A stretch of 62,326 bases of DNA, filler included, from Collodictyon triciliatum (lineage: Eukaryota), in NCBI GenBank assembly GCA_043381765.1. It is 7 parts of 7 records of this genome, joined end to end, with 100 filler letters (N's around TTAATTAATTAA, not from the genome) between each part and the next. Parts side by side here need not be neighbours in the genome. Positions count along the whole stretch, not along the records: positions 10,927 to 26,357 come from JBHJMP010000120.1; 6 more parts are not named here. One strand, given 5' to 3'. Positions within the stretch are counted from its first letter, which is position 1. Every line of letters begins with the position of its first letter. Of the stretch, positions 13,065 to 26,357 are shown piece after piece. The notes beneath the pieces are model-generated. The model made no database searches, was not told the DNA's origin, and saw only the letters and a list, made by a program, of their open reading frames with translations. A program made the position numbers and the translations under genes.

Positions 13065-16000
13065 TTAAAAGGTTATAATGTGATATAAACATAATAAGGA
13101 AAATGAATGCCTACTTTGGAACGACAACACTATTGTGATAATAAAACCAATCAACGACAGCAGGGATATCCCAAATACATAGTATTCGTGGCTAAAATGC
13201 CAAGTATACGGAGTTGTAACGTATTCCTGGTTAAAAGATATAATTTTTTTAGGTCTTCTAATCGGGAGGCGGGGAATACAATTGATTAATTCCCAATCAT
13301 ATAACACAGATGAAGGGCTGGGGGTTGAGCTTCTAAAATCACATTATTTCAATGTTAGCTGATGAGATACCTCTCCGATGAATATGGCAACATATTTTTT
13401 GGAATGATACTGGAGAAGAGCAGGGAAGAAGAACATAATGAAAAACCCAAATATTCCGGTAAAATTAACCACTAGTTTTTACAGATTGTTAGATATAAAA
13501 TTCAAATTATCATCGATTTTACAAGCAAAAAATAAAGAGAATTACATATTGCGGGGTCCCTCAGGAACATTCCACCAATTAACGGAATGAAAGCAATCAC
13601 GAGCCTCAAGAGTGTGTCGAACACTAATTTTTTTTAAAAAAATAATAATAATAATTTTTAGTCGTAGTAATCATTTAGATACGGTTATTTTTTCCTTTAT
13701 TCGATTCAAAGTGCAACGAGTTTATGCCATACAAAGGGGCGAGATAGGTGTGCATGGTAGAGAGCCTTTAGATACTGTTGTAATGCTTAAATATAGTTCA
13801 AATAGAATAGACGTTTTTCGCCAAAGATTTTCTTGACTCGTTTGGGAACATCAGATGATATGTTGTTGGAAAGCGTCACTGCTATTGTAAAAAAAAAAAA
13901 AGTAAATAAAAATGGATGTGTCACATCAAATAAATTGATAAAATTGACCCTGACATAACTTTATATGTTTTATGATGCTCTAGGCTTTTTTTATTTCTTT
14001 TATTTATACTTCAAATACTTTCTCCACAATAAACAATAGATCTCGCTACTGTCACTTTGAATCGGATAAAAGAGAAAAAACTCATCACTACCGTATAATG
14101 GAAAGGCACAAGATACAATAGAGCACGGGAAGAGGACCACAACATACGACACGAAGTTTGAGAATCCCCCACTGAATCATATTAGGAATTATACCAATCA
14201 TTAAAAGTTTGATTGTATGGTGTCACCCACGTACAAAGAGAAAAAAAACAGCGTGAAAAACTCAAGCGTGTAAAAATGACACTTCTATTTTAACCATGTA
14301 TTCATTTATCACCTTACACCAGAGTAATCTTCGTAGTTTTTCCAATTGAGTGTAACTAGCTCTTTAATCTATGAGGTACTTGGTGAGTGGTGTAATTTTA
14401 TTTGTGTAGTTCATATCCGTGCATTTGATCAAACTACTTTTCTTATGAAAAATAAAAAGAAGTCCGGGTGGCCCATTATGAATGTGTGAATTTATGGTTC
14501 TATGTTCATTACCCCTTCATTTCCAAAGTAAATTACAGATATGGTCCCAAGAGAAATATAGAATAAGACTGTTGTGACCATAGCAGATATGAAAACTGTT
14601 CGGACCTAATTTGGTAGTGAATTAAACGATGAATAAAATGTCTCTTGGAGTATTGCAGAGTATTTTTTTTATCTGAAAAGACCTTTGTCTTATCAGCACA
14701 CAATCTAGTGACTCCTGGAGCGCCATGGTGGGCGAGCATAGCAAAAACTGCAGCCGAAAATATGTACCCAATCCCACCAAAGTTGACAAGATCATACTCA
14801 CCCAGGTTATCACTTGAATTAGTTTCATTTCCTTCGAAAGCGCCCTAGATTAATTTTAAATTTGACCTCAGCATCAAATATCGCCATATTCATGTCTTTA
14901 TTACCATACAATAGAAATTAATATTATACATCGTTTTTTGTTGAATCTTTCTCCAGAGGATAGGCTCCATTCCCAATAGCCCCAATTGTTGTGAATATCA
15001 TAACCAACATGATTGATAGAGCTAACCCCGTCAAAGTCATTTGCACTCCCACCTTTTTTTAGGAATGTAATTCGTTATTTTATTTTAAAAAAAAATAAAA
15101 ACGATGAATTTTTTAGTTACCAAGACGCGACCGGGATGTTAGAATTATCTAACCTTGTAAATGTTTTCTTTTGCTATTTTCTTTAGAGAACTCATTTAAC
15201 ATTCTGAAATCCAAACCTGGGCTTTTAAGTCACGCAATACCATGAAGCACATCAAAGATCCATATAGTATCACATACAAGTAATATCCATTCTGACAACT
15301 TTCATACCTAGAAAAAAAAAAGAACATTTAATTATTAAATGATCTCATAATTAATGTTTTGACCGAAGAACGTCTCATTTAGATAAAACCACAGAAAATT
15401 GCTGCAATGTTTTTGGTTTTTTTTTTTTTGTTTTTTTTTTTTTTTTTTTTTTTTTTGGTTNNNNNNNNNNNNNNNNNNNNNNNNNNNNNNNNNNNNNNNN
15501 NNNNNNNNNNNNNNNNNNNNNNNNNNNNNNNNNNNNNNNNNNNNNNNNNNNNNNNNNNNNTTTTTTGTTTTTTTTTTTTTTGTTTTTTTTTTTTTGGTTT
15601 TTTAATTAGGATACCCATCAGATGATTGGTCGGCATTTGATCCAAAATCAGAAAATTGGTTGTACAGATCACTATGAAGAATCGATTTAATGAAAATTTT
15701 AATGAAAATGTGAATTTTTTGTATCTAGAAATATTTTTTTTAATCTTTCAATTTGTGAAAGATAATGGGAATGGTCTAGAAACACTTTATCTTTCTTTAT
15801 AGTGTTCAAATATATCAAATAAGTACCAGTCATATCCATCTGTGATTCCGGGAAATCCCAACCGAGTCACCATAGAAGCGGCAAAAACAACTGTATAAAC
15901 CCACCTTAGAGTGCAAAGAGTAAATTTTAATATCTAGTGATGTTATTAAATCAAATTCATACTCCATGAGCACAATCTCTCAAAAATCTGATAAAAGGAA

Positions 16001-17160
16001 ATGAGCACTTTGAATGATGTGAATAGATGATTTTTAAGAAAAATGTCTACGTGTTATTGAACAAAGGACATCGTGTTATATTTTGTTTAAATCCTTTAGA
16101 AACTTACAAAGCTCCCTCCGTGAAAAAAAATAATGCAGCGATATAAACACGCTTCCATGAGTATCCTAGAAAATACTCAACCATTTCCGAAACCTCAACT
16201 TTATAGTTTTTAATTTCCCAATTCGGAGAGGACTGTATTGTGAAAATGGATAGTATGTAGAATGGTATATAAAGATGTGGTTAAATACGTATTATGTTCA
16301 GAATACATATAAATGACATCGTCTAGACATGGTAATAAATTAAACTGTTTTGGTTGCGGAATATATAATTAGTGAGTATCATCACTGTGTATAATTTCTA
16401 CGGTGTTATTTTATATGTACTATCGATGGTTAAGGAATCATGAATATATGCAAAGGGGTGAAATTAATACATGTAAACCACCACGACTTTCAATTAAGCC
16501 TGTGAGTATTCCTTGGACCTAAGTATTAGAAGTAATTCAATATAAATTAATGATTTGCTATGTATTAAGTCATTTATTAATAAATAATTTTTTAATGAAA
16601 GATGGCATCAGGATTTTTCTCCCTGTCATAGTGAAAAAAAAAAACCTCAACCATCCAAGACATGGTAATGCAACCAATTATCATGATGAGGATTAGGAAA
16701 AATATTGACGCAAGTATCCCAGCCTTCGAAAAGGCGTAAGGAAGTCCCAGTAAACCGGCATCCACTAATGGTTTCAGTTTTGCTTTAAAACAACTATCTA
16801 GATGTACAACCACATAACAATTTTGACAAATGATCGAACCTTTGGTACGAATATAAGAATTAAAAAAATCAGGTTCATTTACCAAGGAAGTTGACAGTAA
16901 AGACAACTAGATCGATAAATATTGGTAAGAAACAGTTAAATGTTTGGTTATACATCACAAACTGTCATGAATATATAATGTATGTGTAGATTAAGACATG
17001 AGACAATAGGTCCGTATCCGTCACATTCATCAATCTTCAGTCTTGTTCCCATTGAGCCGTAGGTGGAGTAAGTATTCCCGATATTCTCCTTTGATTCATT
17101 TAATATTCCCTCATCCTCAGCTCTATGTGTCGTCGTAATTTTTTTGAAATGTTTCACTGA
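13065..17160 (-). CDS. Amino-acid transporter family (Aa_trans), TMEM104-like, multi-exon; ends approximate
   Basis: Exons encode FTVNFLVDAGLLGLPYAFSKAG...SWMVE, KVEVSEMVEYFLG...EGALWVYTVVFAASM, NFGGIGYIFSAAVFAMLAHHGAPG and a final TM segment after PYTWHFSH. These are collinear with recalled TMEM104 motifs. Confidence 0.8.
13674..13779 (-). mobile_element. 80-nt retro-insertion of the same family, 13-bp TSD; overlaps LINE 3' UTR homology
   Basis: TTTAGATAC(G/T)GTT flanks the insert. Its distal 42 nt match 54723-54764 at 37/42 positions by manual alignment. Confidence 0.85.
14043..14094 (+). mobile_element. ~28-nt degenerate retro-insertion of the same family, opposite orientation
   Basis: CACTTTGAATCGGATAAAAGAGAAAAAA with weak TC(G/A)CTAC(T/C)GT flanks. 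Confidence 0.55.
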
Positions 17161-17533
17161 CAAAATCGTTTAAAATCGTGTGGACTGGTTTGTGCATGTG
17201 TTAAACTGTTTGCTGCTTGGAAAAGAATGTCTTTTTCTTTAAAAAAAGAAAGAAAAAGAAAGAAAGAAAGAAGGGGAAGGTATTTTAGTGTCAATCCACT
17301 CACCCAAGTTCCTGGCTAAGCATTTTCCCAACCTTATTTTACTGTTGCTTGTTTACCTCGCTGGATTTCTTTTTCATGAGAAAATGAAATTAATTGAAGG
17401 AACGTGATCGTTCGGTAAACTTAAAATGTTGATCAGTTAGTTTTGCGATCTACAGATTCTGTAAGACCCTAGCTGTGCAATGACTGTTTCGTTCTTTGGA
17501 GGCCAGTAACCCGTTACTTTTTTTCTTTTGCTT

Positions 17534-17570
17534 CTCGCTGCACTTTGAATGGAATAAAGGGGAAAAAAAA
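17534..17570 (+). mobile_element. ~37-nt retro-insertion of the same family
   Basis: CTCGCTGCACTTTGAATGGAATAAAGGGG followed by A8. TSD is weak. Confidence 0.7.
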
Positions 17571-17659
17571 GTTTTGTTCCTTTCCTTGATTTACAAAACC
17601 TTAACGAAAAAGAAAAGTTTTACGGTACACCCCCTCCTTGAAGAAAAAAAAATGATAGA

Positions 17660-19130
17660 GATATGTAAAATAGGGCGATAACATCTCCTGCAGAACCTGA
17701 CGAGTGAGAACTGTCCGCTCATGGAAGATTTTGATAGGGGACCTTGCCACACCGCCAAGAAAACTTTGTGCTTGGAGGCTGAACGACCAATCGAAACATA
17801 AATAGATGATTTTGGGGGATCGCACGGGGAGTACAAAAAGGTCGCGTTTGCTGGTGGGAGCCCGTGGCACGTATGGAATTTCTATTGTGCGCAGGCCCTT
17901 GTTGTATTCCAGACAAAATTCGCTCATCTTTGACAGACCCCTATTTGGCTGGGATGTGAACACCTGGCCGAACCGTTTCAGAGGATTTGGCTATGTATCT
18001 CCGCGCTCGGTGTTTATATAAAAAACTTTCCTTATACAGGTGGTCGACTCCAAAAGGGTTGTCTTTGTGTGTTTCGCAGATGATCCTATCGTGGTTGTGA
18101 TGTCGACTCGTCTAAGTGTCGATGACCCAGTAGTTCCAGAATTGCACTACTATTTGAGATATATGGTAGTGTCTGGGGCCAGGCCTTTGATCCGCCGCCC
18201 CCTTGTATCTTACAAATCCCTCAACAGACAATGTCGTGGGTGTGGTCCACAACACAAGAGGCAAGCGAAGTCCGCGTGGTTCAGAACGGGCGTGGACAAA
18301 AGACTTGTGGGAGGGGATGCCACTGGAAGGAAAAGAGCAGCCACGAGTTGATTGTCCATGGACACGTCGTGGGCTAATTGTGACAGGAGACCTCGCGCAG
18401 TGTTGCTCTCCCCGCTTGTGGTCGGGGGTAGTCAGAGACCTGGCTAGCTTTTTGCAGGTTATCCAAGCTCCGATGCACGAAGCCTATCCGGCCTAGCAAG
18501 ACAGGTATCTTGTCCCCACACATAACCAAGGAGAGGGAGCCCACACATCCACAGAGGGGCTGCAGTATGCTAAAAGGGAGTTAGCCCAGAAGACCGGTGG
18601 GTTGGGCGTTCTCCGGATCTGCCACGAGTAGTTCGTTTCGTTTTTTTTTTTTTTTATTATTGGTTTAAGGAGGCGTTCCGACGTGTCTGGCGTGGAGGGA
18701 GGTTTATCTCGTTTGTGCAGCATGGGGGCCTAAGTAACAAAGGAGGTTAGCGAAGGAACAGGACAACTTCACAGATGAGAAGCTGGACATAGGCCGAGGG
18801 AAGGGAAGAACAGAGAGCCGGCACGAGTGTTGGCAGGGGTCTCTACCACGCTTATTTGATGCATTCTCAATATGTGTGCAGCATGAGAAACGGAAGGACT
18901 CTGGAGCTAGACAGACAGGCCAACATAAAGGGACGCACCTCCCCGTGCCTCAAAGGCAGGAGGGAGGGACGCATCCCCAGAGGCTTGCCTGCTGCCACTC
19001 CATCGAAGCTTCCGTTCCTTGCTGCTTGAGGTACATTGGTTAAGGTGGATGGGTCTCTCCTAAGAAGGCCTGTGCTCTTCATGGTTGGTGGGTGTCTAAC
19101 CTTGCGTACGAAGTCGTCCTGGTCGAAGCG
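17660..19130 (-). mobile_element. Decayed DIRS/Ngaro-like tyrosine-recombinase retrotransposon (RT, RNase H and YR remnants)
   Basis: GC-richer, stop- and frameshift-riddled region. Motif remnants occur in RT-RH-YR order: FDQDDF (~19120, YxDD-like); LLA...VWAP...AWI...ARS...VHG (RNase H-like); GLAPDT, GLSKMSEF, SKRDLF, PIKIFHERTVLTR (YR-like). Confidence 0.5.
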
Positions 19131-19581
19131 CGGGGCTGGCGGTTGCGTGGGTGGCTGCAATCTGTGCGTGTTTGATTAAACTGATAACGCCTGGGGACAT
19201 GGCGAAGCTTTGTGTCGTCCTTTATACGATTGATATGTTGACCTGTCCAGAATAATGCGATGACCACAAGAATAGCATATAACTGTATATATTCCATTAT
19301 ATATAGCTAATTTTTATATACATTTATTTCATAGAAATTAATGCAATGATGGTATAAACATGAATTTATAAATTCCATATTTTGTAATTTAAGAAACGCA
19401 AGCTCCAGTCAATTACTTCCAACCGCGCTTGTCTTACCTCAGTTTATGGCGTGGATTTTGCTTCGTTTTGCCTTACTATTTTCTCCTTCGCGCTCAACTA
19501 TAGCAAGGTTTCATAGGGCCCACAAGCGCCAAGATCGCAACAAAACAAAGCACCAGTGACAGGAAAGGAGCTCGCATACAC

Positions 19582-20733
19582 ATGGTAAGGACAATTAATT
19601 CTGGCCGAAGTAGTGGAGACATCTTAAACTCACACTCTTTCCTTTTTTTGTTTCCGTAAATCGAATGCCCGTGCGGTTGCCGTCGCCCCAGGACGATGGC
19701 AGACGCGCAAGGATTCCTCCTTTTTCTTCTTCTTTTCTTCTCATTTTCTTCATCTACTTCTTACTTCAGTGCTATTATGACTAAATATAGGACGGTGATG
19801 ACTTACAAAGACTCAAGGGCTTGTTTAAGATTCACAAGGACAGAACTGGGAAAATGTTTGGCTTCCTTCTATAGACCAATTATCACAACAGTATGATGGG
19901 CGATTGCGAGTTACAAAGTGGCTGCAATGTTAACTGAGACTGCATTGATAAAGCAGAGAAAATTTCGCATGTCTGAATTTACATTGTGCTCACGTAGGGG
20001 ATTCGATGCATCGGACTTATACGCTATCTACGCCAAGTATGATTTAAAAATTGCCAAAGTGAGTCAACAAAACAAAATAGTCACTTACATATGACCAGAC
20101 TTATGCATCGCATTCATCGAGATTACAGAAAGAGAATCTTGACCCATAGAGATAGTGTTCCTTTAATACATATGCAGAAAAAAGTAGAGGATATCATATG
20201 GGAGGGAGATGAGAACGCAGATGGTATAATCAACTTACAGGATGCGATATCCGTCCTAGTCAAAGTGCGCCAAAATCCTTATACTTGCGAGGGACAAAAG
20301 TATGATTAATAATATGCCATTCATATATAATGGTGTTATATGCGACCAAAGAAATAATTTGATTATTATTTTGAAAAGTACAATATCAAGAAAATCTGCA
20401 TACAGATTGGCAAACATAATCGAATTCTCAATGTATGACCAAGGAGCTTCTGGTTACATTGACGTAGAACATGGTTTTATTGTGGTATGAAAGCATCCCA
20501 CCAACACAAAGAAATACTGTAAAAATGAATGCGCATATCTTCCATGTGTCGCATGCCTGTGATTTATACGCTCAAACATGCAGGTTCAAAAGAGATTTGG
20601 GATTCGTGACCATCACCTCCAGCCGAAAATGCGGCGCTTCATAATGGAATCCGCACACAGCATGGGTAGAAAGCTGTCTTTCAGGGAGTTTGAGGAGCAA
20701 ATAACATATAGAATAATGCTAAAAACAGCCTAG
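19582..20733 (+). CDS. Calmodulin-like EF-hand protein, about 6 exons
   Basis: ATG|intron|DGDDLQRLKGLFKIH..., then KVEDIIWEGDENADGIINLQD (EF loop), RLANIIEFSMYDQGASGYIDVEH (EF loop) and a last exon ...RKLSFREFEEQITYRIMLKTA*. Confidence 0.8.
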
Positions 20734-21229
20734 AAACTTGTTGGAATGGAGTTATACCATTTCTTCCATTCTACTGCAACACGGTCGATCACAACCAGAC
20801 ATAAATATTGTACATGACATTCTTCACACCGCTTGGTGGAGATCGATTCCCTCTTGATGGCTACATGCGCTATTCAGAAAATACCGTGGTTGCGAGAGGA
20901 GACTCTGAAAATGCCGTAATGTAATGCGATGCAATGCGATGCGATGAATTCTAGTTCGTGCGACAACAATGCCAAAAGGCATATACAAAGGACTTCTTCA
21001 TGGCTGGGGTTGGACCGATAATCCCAACGGAATAATAAAAAAAATAGACTAGTGCGCTCAGACGCAGGTGGATTGGGCTCCTCTTGGAATTACGCATCCT
21101 TTTTTTTTTTTTTTCGTTTGTTTTAATTATCTTCTTAATTCATATTTTGTCTATATGTTTTATGCGCGAATCTTTCGTATTAACTTGGGCACATGTGCGG
21201 CAGCAAAAGGGTGCTTTGGATCCGTCAAG

Positions 21230-22405
21230 ATGAATCGCCCGATCGCTTCGGCTGCCAATGATGAGTTCTACTCGAACATTCTTCAGCTACTGCGAGCAAA
21301 CACAGGCGAATCGAGAACACAGCTCCAACAAGTGATTCCTCTGCTTTCGTCCACCTTCAAGATGGATCAGGCCGGTATTTTTTTGTCTTTATGATGTCTT
21401 CTGCTTTCTTTGTCCTACAAAGTCTCTAGGTTATCAGCCCATGCTTTGTAGATTCTTTCTCCCTAAAGATACGTGTGTCAAAGACACATCTACAACACTC
21501 ACCGGGCATCATTTTTCTTTTTCTCCTCTATCCCCTACTCGACTTGGCCATGCAGCTATCCAAAAGTCAGTTTCAAAATCTGCAGGTAATTCCTTACTCC
21601 AGACACGCTTTATCTGTTTGTTAAGCATCTCTCTCAATTGTTAACTTCATATAAAACAGCAGTAACAAAGTGATAAATATAACTCATTATATATGCATTA
21701 CCTCACACAAACTACCCTCTATTTTTTTCTTTCTTTCTTTCTTCTTCTTTTTTTTTTTATCTCCGCACACACCCAAATAAAAGCCGTAACAAAAGTCGAA
21801 GGTCTTAAGCGTACACTGGTAACATGATCTATCTTATTATCCACCATCATCTTGTGCATATTGATAGGAATATATAAAAAAAAAACGCAATCCGTCTGAT
21901 TAAAGATGACAGCATTCTAAACTTCCTTTATATAATACCATGTCCAATATCACTGCCATCTTATTAACAAATGAATGAATCAATCAATCAATCTACCTCG
22001 AAGGAGACAACTGAAGTGGATGCAGCATCCAAGCCGAAAAAAACAGATGTACGGACGGGAATTCCGTCCCACTCCAGTTTTCCCTTGCAGCCACCTCCAC
22101 CTCCCTCTTTCGCACCTTTAAAGAAACTCGCACCAAACTTCCTCCCATCCGGGACCCAACACAGACACGGCTCATCGCGGGCTGTGCGCAACATGCCGCT
22201 GAATCTTCAGTTTCTGAACTCCCAGCTCCACACCCCACTCGTCATCCCCAACGAGATTCCCGACTCTGTGACACGAGACTCAACACAGCCTCGCAGACGA
22301 GGAAACGATTCCGTCATCCTTTTGGAATCTGCAGACAGCGTTGCAGATGATGAAGTAATCCTTGACGGGTCGTCGCGTTCCACTCGCTCGAAGACGAAGA
22401 AGTAG
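21230..22405 (+). CDS. Hypothetical protein, 4 exons, Pro-rich C-terminal exon
   Basis: Frame-consistent GT-AG chain: MNRPIAS...KMDQA|AIQKSVSKSA|AVTKVEGLKRTL|ETTEVDAASK...RSKTKK*. Confidence 0.55.
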
Positions 22406-22785
22406 TTCGATGACGCTTCTGTTGCCTCTTCTTTCTTCTCTTAAGATATTCCATACTTTCCCTTCCCATAAAAAAGAAAAGAAAGAGCATGTAAAAAACA
22501 AACAAACAAACAAACAAACAAACAAACAAACAAACAAACAAACAAACAAACAAACAAACAAACAAACAAACAAACAAACAAACAAACAAACAAAAAGAGT
22601 CAGTCGCCCGTCCCTGTTGCTGCCCAGCGCAAAATGATGAACTGCGTGCCATTCTTTCTTTGCAGCTTTGTGCACTTTTTCTTTTATTCAATATAGCATG
22701 CCCTTTTGCTTGTCTTCGGCGGGTCTAAAAGAATGAAATCTCCTTACTATGAAGGAGGCAAACATGTTTTATTGGGATGGGGTGA

Positions 22786-23773
22786 TTATTCCTCGCGGTA
22801 GATGGGCGTCCATTTGGGGACTTCAGCAAAGAGGCGGTACGCATGGACGTTGCGAGACTCGGTAAGTGTGAAGCGGTGGTAAATCCCGACGGGCTGGTTC
22901 ATGAGAGAGGAGGTATAAGACAACGAGGAAATATATCAGGAGATCGGGATGCATATGGTATACGACGGGAAAATGTGCTAGTGCACTATGTCTTGCATCT
23001 CATCTATATGTTTGGTTACAATGGGACATACCAGAATGATAAAATCGCCTGCGTTGAGAACGAGGCGGATCCACTGATCGTTTCCATTGCGGACATCGAA
23101 TATGCCTTCGCCGTTGAAGATGTAGCGGATCTCCTCGTCCTCATGCAAGTGCCTGTGAGAGAACCGGTGAGAGATCGTCGTATAAAAAGGGTTTGGTGAG
23201 TCTGACGCCAGAGTTAACGGTTAGAGTAGGTCAATGCATGTGCGTTACAATGATGCCATCGCTTGAATTGGACAGTGTAATGACTGTGACTGTAGATGGG
23301 GGGAACAGAACCATGATATTCAGAACATATTGTACTGTCATACTCTTTGAAAAAAATCTTGAGCTTCTCTTCAAGGCCGGGAAGTGTTTCATTGAGCTTC
23401 ACCTGAAAGCCATACAACATAGATCAGTACGTGACTATTCGATAATGTTTGCAAAAATAAAAACAATTAAAAAAAAACGTTTGTGCGCAGCTGAGATGGT
23501 CCCTGCAAACACTGACATGAATGACATAATCGAAGCAAAATGCCCTTAATTGTCGAGGCCAATAAAGAAGGGAAAAAAGCGGCGAGTTAGAAAACAAATG
23601 ATTTATGAAATGAAAGGTACTTCGTCACGGTTCTTATAGTTGCGCTCTTTCATGATAGCTTGCAGCTCAGGTTCGCAGTTGGCCGGATCGATGAACTGAT
23701 AAAAGACATTCAACGGCTTCAGCTCTTCCAGCGAGACAGAGACCTCGGGTTGATCAAGGAGAAAGGCTTTCAT
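22786..23773 (-). CDS. ADI1: Acireductone dioxygenase (ARD cupin, methionine salvage), 4 exons
   Basis: Spliced product contains [55 protein letters not shown] and [11 protein letters not shown]. The metal-binding H-x-H-x3-E...H motif is intact. Confidence 0.95.
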
Positions 23774-24519
23774 GAAGAGAAGTTGTGATGCTGTAGGAGA
23801 GGAGTTTTAGTTGTGGTGGTTTTCTTTTGCATAACTATTGTGTTATCATCTTCAGTTTTTTGAGCAAGAGAATCGCGACTAAAGTCGCACAGCTACAGAC
23901 CACTTCCTTTCCTTTCCTTTCCTTTCCTTTCCTTTCCTTTCCTTTCCTTTCCTTTCCTTTACATAATTCACTTTACTTTTTTATTTTTCTGCTGAAAGCA
24001 AATAAAGCGAATGAATATCACGGAGGGGCGATACTTCCACTCGGGAAAGCAACAGGTGGTTGTGTGTTGCTTCTTCGAAACGCGCCGCATCGGACAAGAC
24101 AGTTGCTTCTCGTGTGCTCGATCAAGAGTGTTGTGGTGGCATTGAAGAGTCCTCTTCGATTGAATATCAAACGGCATAAGGTGTGAAGCATTCCAGGCTT
24201 TGGAATACATAAAGTAAAGGGTTGCACTGCGGGAGTCTGATTTGGGCGTGCCACGACACCGTGGGATAGATGTTCAGTTCTCGCACTTTCCTTCTGATTG
24301 CTTGTGAGGATCTTTTCGATCCCACAGAAATGGAGACAGAGCACAGCTCTATTGTGTTGTGGGCTTCTTGTTTTGATGCTTTGCGATCCTGTCTTCCAGC
24401 GAAGACGAGTTTTCAGAGAAAAGAAAGTTGTGTTCCACATAAGGATCGTTCATTTGTGCTTGCTTCGACAAAGTTTTCTAATGTCTCCTGGGACTTTCGC
24501 TTCGGTGAGATAACACGTA

Positions 24520-24621
<102 letters not shown>

Positions 24622-26191
24622 AATAAATCACAGTATGAACCACGAATGAATAAATACAAGCAAAGAAAAAAAAGCTCCTTAAATTATAGAGGAATATGCA
24701 ACCAAGGTTTATAGTATGATAAATCTTGTCCTTCATACAAGACCCACACTTGAGGCATTTTCATTTGTCGGGTGTATTTCGTTATTCTTTTTTATATAAA
24801 AAAATCCAAAAAACTCTTAGTGGGCGTATGATTTTTCAAGCTCCATATTTTGGCGTAAATCCCAGCTTGAAGGCAATCTCAGAAAGATACTGATCCATCT
24901 AAATCCATTTATCCCTCGTGTGAGTATGAATTCGCACGGGGGGGATGATGTGTTACATTTAGCAAATCTAACTCTAGAGCAAAATAATAATATACAAGAA
25001 TACGGTGATTGGCCCCTTTTCGAGCACACTCTTCATGAGAGAATCTTTCAACACGGTCTGTTCTTGTCACATCCGGCATGTAATAAAAGGCAGACGCCGG
25101 AGTGAATGTGCTACAGTTATTAAGTTATTAGAAATCACACGATATATATATATATATATACATATATTTTCGTACTTAAATTTATCACATTCCAATAAAA
25201 AAACCTTGTGCTAACGATAGAGTCTTCGAAGAGCTGGTAGCTTTGTATAGGCCTATATGACTCGGAATCTTCTCTCCTTTTGATATTTTTTGTGCTCAAG
25301 CTCAGTTTTTTTTACGTGTTTTTTTTCTTTCTTTGAACATTATATGTAAATATAAAAGTTTACGATTGTTCTGAGAGCCGGGGGTCGTAGGCATTCAAGG
25401 GGGCAGTCAATATTACGGATGTATAAATGCCATCAGGCTTTCTTTGAAGAATGAGGTCCAGGACGTCGCACATGAAGGCGGCATTGCGTGACCTGACTTC
25501 CTAAAATATTTCACCATTTCTAGGGCGTAATTACCAAAAAAAAAAAAAAAAATACAATCGAGAGATTGTGTGTGTGCATATTTGTAGAATTGATATTTAC
25601 TGAATCTTGCTTGGGAGTTAAAGGTAAATGCACAAGCAAAATATCGCAAGCACCCTCCTAAATTATTGGATAGAAAGATACGTACTATATGATTTCATAT
25701 TACAGACAAATATGCCTTCCACTTTTCTGAAATGTTAGGATATTACTGTAAATATATTGGCTATGTGCTTGCCTTCTCAACCTTCTTTTCGCCACCTGGG
25801 ACTATTATGGATTCAACTAAACGTAGCAAGTCTATGAAATTAATATTTTCATCAACACCTTACATCCAAAACCAAATCTATGGATTTAACGTGAATATTA
25901 TATATAAAGAGAGAGAGACCTTCTGGTGAGTGAGAATCTGTAATATGTTCCACCACCGAGAGTTTGTGACATTGAATATGTGCAAAGCACGTTTTTTCTG
26001 GAGACAAAAAAGCCATATTCATCTGCCCGAACCTACATATTTGTTCAAATTAATATCACTGTATTCCGCAGTATCAGGCAAGTAATCCAACAGTGATATC
26101 TATGACATGAGGATCTGAGAGAAACTTGTTTTCTCTCTTGCCTTATTTTCGAATAAGCTATTTTATGACTAATAATAAGTTTTCTTTTGGC

Positions 26192-26357
26192 AATACCAAT
26201 AATACCAATAATACCAATAATACCAATAATACCAATAATACCAATAATACCAATAATACCAATAATACCAATAATACCAATAATACCAATAATACCAATA
26301 ATACCAATAATACCAATAATACCAATAATACCAATAATACCAATAATACCAATAATA
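26192..26357. repeat. (AATAATACC)n tandem repeat at scaffold end
   Basis: Tandem array seen directly. Confidence 0.95.

Noticed and set aside
15309-15614. U12-like donor GTATCCTA in the transporter gene, and a TTCCTTAAC near 16430
   Set aside because: The donor and the branch motif lie in different introns, and neither intron has both U12 signals.
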